From the NCBI RefSeq assembly GCF_006345805.1, contig NW_021835394.1:1-40407 (forward strand): a DNA stretch of 40,407 nt, read 5' to 3'. The first letter of the stretch is position 1. Every line of letters begins with the position of its first letter. Shown here piece after piece: positions 33,540 to 40,407 of this stretch. Below the pieces are notes generated by a model. That model did not search any database. It saw only the letters and a program-made list of their open reading frames with translations, and was not told the DNA's origin. The DNA comes from Octopus sinensis (taxonomy: Eukaryota). The translations under genes were made by a program, and so were the position numbers.

Positions 33540-33733
33540 GAGTCTTTACCTGGCCACTCAACCTGCTAGAAATAGGAAGTAAATATCTTGGAACACATGT
33601 TTGCACTGTTTTAAAAGAAGGACGTATATAATGGGCAATATAGTGGCTACAAAAAAGACAAGATGGTCAAGGAAAAAAATGTCCTAGGGCATATGTCTTT
33701 TACGTTTAGTCTCACCTAGAGCTAAACAATAAA
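33540..33733 (+). mobile_element. Family E repeat, degenerate
   Basis: tggccactcaacctgctagaaataggaagtaaat...gatggtca...cacctagagctaaacaa. The 3' part resembles 26075-26150 and 39595-39675. Confidence 0.55.
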
Positions 33734-34893
33734 AGAATTCACTACTATTGATACCATTCTATCACGGCCAATGCTTCAGAAATTTTCTCGTACACCCCTT
33801 ACATCCCTCACTAAAGACTGTTTTTTTTTAAATAAAATCGTTGTGTGATATACAAAAACTGTGCCTGCTTTTGGACAACATGTTACTTCGTCCTTGTTGG
33901 CAGTTTTTCTCGTCGTATGCAAGACGTCAAGAGGTTGCTAACTTCAGTTTTGCTCAACTATTTCCCATTTCTTCAAGGAAAGAGAAACGAAAAAGCATTT
34001 GACAGAATGCTTCACAGAATATGTTCCTACTTCCAGTGCTCCGAGTCCAATTCCGACTGAAGTCAACTTCGATATCTATCCTTTTATGGTTGATAAGAAA
34101 AATACCAATACAGAACGCTAATTAGAGAGCCGAACAAGATATTTTAGAGAGGGGAGTCCAATTGCTTCGTAGCAATTGGTAATGATTACAAATGAGTTGG
34201 AGAAATACTCTAAAGTAAAAAGGATTCTCTCAAACTCTTATGACATTAATGAAAAGACCGTCTGACTATCTGACACAAATTTCTACGTGAATAAGCGTCA
34301 TCAGCTCAGCAATTGTGCAATCTTACCTGCTGTAGAGAAGACCGTTAGACATTTACAAAAATGAGCAAAACAAAATTATGACGTTGGTAATTTGCTTAAA
34401 TGAATCGAAAATGAACTTAAGGGAAATAACACAGAGTAACTAGTGGCATGTATTTGAACACAACAGATAAATTAGATAAATTATTCGATTATTTGATAAA
34501 TTATTTAATTATAGAAACTATCTCTACTTCGAGAAAATGTGTAGAAATTACGAGAAAATGTGTAGAAATTACTTAGTAGGATTTAGTACCAACTCCAAAA
34601 GAGTAAGGTATAAACTAGCAAGAATGAAGTAAATTCTCCAGACCTGATATGCCATAATGCAGTAGTAGTAGTAGTAGTAGTAGTAGTAGGAGGAGGAGGA
34701 GCAGCAGTAGTACACAGAATTTCATTTCAGTCGACAATGTGAGATTACAAGTGATCCACATACCATCTCATGTGCATGTTCCATTATGTGGTTATTCTGC
34801 TTGCTAGAAATAACTGTTAAATCACTTATATAAAGAGTGAAAATACGGGATAATCTTGGCTAGAATATAATAAAGCCTGGTAGCACAGAGATG

Positions 34894-35222
34894 CTGAGAC
34901 CCCATTGATCATGGGATTGCACCTAGAAAGTTACCCTCCCAAGCACAAGTCCGGGCAAGGTTGTTTATGGAAGACCAGCAGTCACCCTTGCATACCGGCC
35001 TCCCCTCTTCCGAAACGAGTGTTACCCAAAGGAAGGGCAAAGGCCGATACAGCTCGGCAGCATTGATGTCGCAACTAATATCTACAGCTGAGTGAACTGG
35101 AGCAACGTGAAATAAAGTGTCTTGCTCAAGAACACAGCATGCAGCCCGGTCCGAGATTCGAACTCACAACAATCTCACGATCGTAAGTTAGACGCTCTAA
35201 CCACTGAACCATGCGCCTTCAC
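34894..35222 (-). mobile_element. tRNA-derived SINE family C2, full-length
   Basis: A-box tggttcagtgg, B-box agttcgaatct, same head and core as 6140-6271 but a different 3' half. Perfect 12-bp TSD agcacagagatg (34882-34893 and 35223-35234). Inserted in or next to a family E copy. Confidence 0.92.
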
Positions 35223-35493
35223 AGCACAGAGATGACCATTTGTTAAATACAATAACATGACCACAACAAATAGTTATTATCATGCATTAAATGTAATCTT
35301 AATATCTATTTGGAGAGGATTGAGGAAGATGAGGGTTAGAAGTCATTTCTTCGGATTAAACTAATAAATTATGAAAAAAAAAACAAGTACATATATTACT
35401 ACAACTACTACTACTACTACTATACTACTACTACTACTACTACTACTAATAATAATATAATAATAATAATAATAATAACAATAATAATAATAA

Positions 35494-35634
35494 TCATCAT
35501 CATCATTGTTTAGCATCCGCTTTCCATGCTAGCATGGGTTGGACGGTTCAACTGGGGTCTGGGAAGCCAGAAGGCTGCACCAGGCCCAGTCTGATCTGGC
35601 AATGTTTCTACTGCTGGATGCCCTTCCTAACGCC

Positions 35635-35636
<2 letters not shown>
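35494..35636 (-). mobile_element. SINE 3' fragment with RTE-associated motif and (GAT)n tail
   Basis: Minus strand ttggcgttaggaagggcatccagcagtagaaac...ccatgctagcatggaaagcggatgctaaacaatgatgatgatga. (AAT)n on both sides. Confidence 0.75.
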
Positions 35637-35703
<67 letters not shown>

Positions 35704-35734
35704 ACTAATAATAATAATAATAATAATAATAATA

Positions 35735-35955
35735 GTTTCACGTTTTGACACAAGACCAGAAATTTCGGGGTGGGGGACGAGGAAGTCGATTGCATCGACA
35801 CCAACTAGTACTCAGCTGGTACTTATTTTATCGACCCTGAAAGAATGAAAGGCAAAGCCGAAGTCGGAAGAATTTGAACTCAGGACATAACCACGGAGAA
35901 AATGGCGCTAAAGATTTTGTCTTGCGTAGTAACGATACTGCTAGCTCGCAGCCTT
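35735..35955 (-). mobile_element. SINE family B, full-length
   Basis: ctggtacttattttatcgaccctgaaagaatgaaaggcaaag...aatttgaactcag...ctgctagctcgcagcctt. Confidence 0.9.
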
Positions 35956-36119
35956 GGGATAGCGAACAGGTTTCGATTCCCGATAAGAGGCTAGTATGTA
36001 GAACATTACGTTGCGTCTAACAATGTGTGCTTGGGTGTATGTATATATACATGTGTGTGTAGATGGGTGAGTGGGTGCGCGCGCGCATAATATATATGTA
36101 CGCTATGAAGCTATTATTG

Positions 36120-36420
36120 CAACCGTGAAATTTTAGTCGAATAAAGTGACTGCAGTACTTTTATTTTTTAAGGATTGTATTTATTCTATCAGTTTGTTAT
36201 TGGCGAATAGCTACGTCGCTGGGAAGGAAACACACCAGCACCGGTTGTAAAGCGTTAGTTGGATATGAACACACAAGTAAACATACACACACATACACAA
36301 ACGAAATTCACTCATTAGGCTATGGTCGGCCCAAGATTATTGAAGAAGACATGCTCAGGGTGACCCACAGTGGAATTGAACCCTGTGCTTGCGATGTGAA
36401 ATTACAACATAACCATGTAT
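36120..36420 (-). mobile_element. SINE family A, degenerate
   Basis: ttattctatcag...acaccagcaccggttgt...aaattcactcattaggctatggtcggccc...gaagacatgctcagggtgacccacagtggaattgaacc. Confidence 0.8.
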
Positions 36421-36422
36421 GT

Positions 36423-36568
36423 CTATAATATATATATATATATATATAGATATAGAATATATAATATATATAATCATATAAAATATTTTACACACACATA
36501 TATAATTCTTCGCATATATATTAGATATAAATGAATATATATATATATATTATATATATAATATATAT

Positions 36569-36617
<49 letters not shown>

Positions 36618-36619
36618 TA

Positions 36620-36650
<31 letters not shown>

Positions 36651-36852
36651 CTTTTTTATATATACATACATATATATACAGATATGTATAAACATATATA
36701 TATATTAATATATATATATATATATACATTTGTATGTATATATATACACACTATATATCATAATATATATATATATATTTTTAATATATATATATATATA
36801 TATACATTTATAAGTATACATACATATATATATATATTCACATGTATATATT

Positions 36853-36899
<47 letters not shown>

Positions 36900-37336
36900 A
36901 CATACATAACACATATATAACATATGAATATCAAACACACAGACAGACACATACATATATGTAACACATGTATGACATGCAGGTATGTGTATATTACAAG
37001 TAGCCACACATTTTTATGTGCATACTTAAACACACAGACATCTCCGCCCACACACAAATTTATACACGCAAAACTGTACGGTTGACATTTGTTTTTTGTA
37101 ATTATTTCTCGTAGCCCTAACAAATTTTTAATTAGTTGCAGAGCAGCCTCAGTAAATGCATGCCTCTATTACATGACTAATGAAATAGAATGTGAGATGC
37201 ATGCATGTATTGTTAACACACACACGATACACAAACACACACAAACACTCACACACAAACACAGACATTAAACACGTATAACATAAATGGGCATATATGT
37301 ATAAGCATGGATATATATATATATATATATATACTA

Positions 37337-37367
<31 letters not shown>

Positions 37368-37467
37368 ATGTATATAGAAATAAATAAAATATTTATATAT
37401 ATGTATATATAATATACATATGTATATATATATATATATGTAATACATATATGCATGTATATATGTA

Positions 37468-37538
<71 letters not shown>

Positions 37539-37995
37539 GTATATATATATATACATAATATAAATATATTTATATTTATGTCTATATACATATATACATA
37601 TAGACATATATACATATATACCCATATTCACATTTATATATATACATACATACACACATATACATATTATATATATATTATATATATATCTATACACACA
37701 CACACATATTTATCGATAGATATATAGTCACACACGTACGTGTGTGTGTGTGTGTATGAGTCTATGGGTATATGTAAGTCTAGGTCTGAGTCTGTGTGGG
37801 TGTGTCATGCGTTCGAGCACACATAAACACACATTCACGCATACACACACACGCGTGCAAGTGACCATCACTGAGGATAGGCAATAATAGCATGAAACCA
37901 GCCTAGTCACGTTTTGTAAACTTATAAAACTAATTATTAAAGTGTAAAAATTATCAGAGAAGCGATCTCATTTCATCTTTTCACACACACGAATT

Positions 37996-38050
<55 letters not shown>

Positions 38051-38149
38051 GTATATATATATAAATATATACATATGTATATATATATGTATATATATGT
38101 ATATATATATAGTATATATCGATATAATATATATTATATATATATATAT

Positions 38150-38206
<57 letters not shown>

Positions 38207-38226
38207 CATATATATATAACATATAT
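36423..38226. repeat. Three large (TA)n arrays (36423-36900, 37310-37725, 37995-38226) with (CA)/(TG) spacers
   Basis: Direct inspection. Confidence 0.93.
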
Positions 38227-38227
38227 G

Positions 38228-38313
38228 TACGGGACAGGCTGCTTTCAGTTTCCATCGACCAAACATTCACAAAAGCTGTGTCGGGCCGAGGCTATAGCCA
38301 AAGAAACTTTGCC
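38228..38313 (-). mobile_element. SINE family A internal fragment
   Basis: gacaggctgctttcagtttccatcgaccaaacattcacaaaagctgtgtcgggccgaggctatag. Confidence 0.8.
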
Positions 38314-38351
38314 ATATATATTATATATATAGGTGCCATATAATAGATATA

Positions 38352-38505
38352 TGGATAGACTAGAAGTGGGAGACCGAGGCTGACATATGTTGATGAACTA
38401 CCAACTGTCACATGTCTCTGGGAACACAGGACATGTCAGCTATGATGAGGGACGACGATCGCTGGGGAGAACTCGTCCATGGATCTCGGGAATTTTATCC
38501 ACCCT
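38352..38505 (+). mobile_element. RTE-X-like LINE C-terminal fragment
   Basis: TRSGRPRLTYVDELPTVTCL / TQDMSAMMRDDDRWGELV matches the RTE-X C-terminal pattern RGRP..TY.D.L..DTGL...M.DR..W. Confidence 0.7.
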
Positions 38506-38529
38506 ATCTCTCTGCCCCCCTCTCTCTAT

Positions 38530-38625
38530 TTATATATATATGCATTTATATACATCCTAAAAAAATATATATATTTTAATATATATGTGTGTATATATAT
38601 GCGTGTGTACATATATATATGTGTA

Positions 38626-38656
<31 letters not shown>

Positions 38657-39025
38657 ATATATAAAGGTATAGGTATATATGTATATATATGTGTATGTTA
38701 TTGTATACATATATACATATATATATATGTATATATATATGTATATATGTATATATATGTATATATAAATATATGCATGTATATATATACATGTATATAT
38801 ATTTATACATATATGTATACATATATATGTATATATATATATTTTTTTTTTGTAATCTATATATCTCTATCTATATCTATCTATATAATATTTATATCTA
38901 TCTATATTATTTATATGTATATATGTATTCCATATATATATATTTATATGTATATGTATATATATATATGTGTGTATATAGTATTATAATATATATGCAT
39001 ATAGTGTGTATATATGTAATGTATT

Positions 39026-39062
<37 letters not shown>

Positions 39063-39079
39063 ACGTATGTATAATAAAA

Positions 39080-39137
<58 letters not shown>

Positions 39138-39142
39138 CTATG
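38530..39142. repeat. (TA)n/(TATG)n array
   Basis: Direct inspection. Confidence 0.95.
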
Positions 39143-39789
39143 TATGAGATTTATTATTGCTTTTTTATAAAATAGTGTGGGCGCGTGTGTGTTTATATGT
39201 GTATATATACAAATGTAAAATACTGTTCAGGTATTCCTTCAAGTTTGGAAACCCTAAAACTGAAATTCTGACGAAATAGTCTTCGTTTTATATACATACT
39301 AGACTAAAATATATATTACAGTCTATATATTTTGTGTCCCACCATGGCTGGTGTCCAGTGATCGAACAATAGTTCGATTTATGAATAATTAATTTAATCA
39401 TAATTTATGAAAGATAATTAATTGCCGTATGAGAATAACAGAATAAAAGAATGTAAGAATTATGAAACACTTTTCCTAATTCAACATGGATTGTGTGGCT
39501 TTCATGCCTTTTTGACTAACACCGAATCTCTGTGCAAGTCTGCTTCACCCCACACACACACACGTACATACTAGATAAACCACTAAAATATTGGAATGAT
39601 GGTCACGGCTGGGAAAGATCTGGTTATCTGGTCACTTGACCAGAGCCGACCTATGGAAAAAAAAACAAAAACAACTTGAATAACTTCATCTGAACTTTGA
39701 AACTGTGTGGTTTATCAATCTTAGGTTTTTACGTTGTTGCCGGTTACATCTCCCTCTGTCTCCTCCTCTTTCTGCTTTTGCACGGTGGT

Positions 39790-39995
39790 AGCTACTCACC
39801 AGCACCAGCAGCCGTCGCCACCGCGGCCGCCGCCGCTGCCGCCGTATCATCACCATCACCGTCGCTATCGTCGTTAACACGAACGGCATCATCATCAATA
39901 TCTCGTCAGCTCTACCATCATCATCTTACTGATCACCGTCATGCATATCTCTCTCACCATCATCATCATCATCATTGTCTACAGCATCGTGGCAT
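39790..39995. repeat. GC-rich trinucleotide low-complexity tract (GCC/CAC/CAT)
   Basis: gccgccgctgccgcc and catcatcat runs. Confidence 0.75.
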
Positions 39996-40231
39996 CATTA
40001 TATCACCGTTCATGTTGCAACTGCTGTTGTTCGCTTCAACAACGCCCTTTAGAAATGCATGAAACTCACAGCCTCACAATTATGTAATAATCATGTTATG
40101 CAGTTTTTTTATGCCCTTGAGGCAAATTATTAAAAGTAATGCTGAGCATGCAGAATCGTGAGTGTTGAAAATAAAAAACAAAACAAAAAATGCTTTCCTG
40201 TTTTTTTTTGTTTTTTTTTAAAAAAAAAACT

Positions 40232-40368
40232 TTTATCCCGATTCTTCATATTCTGAGTTCAAATCTCGCCGGGATAGAGAGAATAAAGTACCAGTCATGC
40301 ACTAAGGTAAATAGTATCGACAACCTACTTATTCTCAAAATTGCTGGCATTGTGTCTAAATTCGAAAT
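40232..40368 (+). mobile_element. SINE family B, degenerate with internal deletion
   Basis: ttctgagttcaaatctcgccggg...ataaagtaccagtc...aaaattgctggcattgtgtctaaattcgaaa. Confidence 0.8.
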
Positions 40369-40407
40369 TAAAGACCACGAAGTGTCTGAGTCGTTAGCAA
40401 CGTTCGA

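Noticed and set aside
34530-34571. 21-bp tandem duplication (similar ones at 4300-4330 and 29632-29668)
   Set aside because: Ordinary two-copy slippage duplications with no further structure.
5375-36420. CRISPR-like or regularly spaced repeat array
   Set aside because: Recurrent motifs are dispersed SINE parts on both strands with irregular spacing. No cas genes, and the context is eukaryotic.
36423-39142. Phase breaks (TAAT/TTAT) within (TA)n arrays as an encoded pattern
   Set aside because: No regular spacing. Slippage or long-read indel errors explain them, and raw reads would be needed to tell which.

Overview
This is eukaryotic, very AT-rich, repeat-saturated DNA with no supportable intact protein-coding gene. 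It looks intronic or intergenic. The repeat set (several tRNA-derived SINE families, Dong/R4, Hero, RTE and CR1 LINE relics, Penelope-like pieces, very long (TA)n/(CA)n/(AAT)n/(ACAT)n arrays) best fits a coleoid cephalopod, most likely Octopus; this is inferred from recalled repeat families, not from a database search. Almost every ORF in the supplied track is a translated microsatellite (YIYI, HTHT, poly-I/N). The real protein relics are all decayed transposon fragments: CR1-group RT/C-terminus (18.7-19.5 kb), Dong/R4 RT (22.1-23.5 kb), RTE YADD region (25.2 kb), DD37D maT transposase (25.5-26.1 kb), Penelope ORF (28.0-28.6 kb), Hero-type ORF (29.7-31.1 kb) and RTE-X C-terminus (38.4 kb). The main points of interest are: a LINE-SINE shared 3' stem-loop tail; modular SINEs that swap heads, cores and tails; nested insertions that can be ordered from target-site duplications (TSDs); four Penelope-type ends with hammerhead-ribozyme-like cores, one forming a ~260-bp palindrome; short elements sitting inside microsatellites; and a 437-bp local duplication. 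I found no convincing novel gene system. Family labels A-E are my own. Boundaries and alignments were done by eye.
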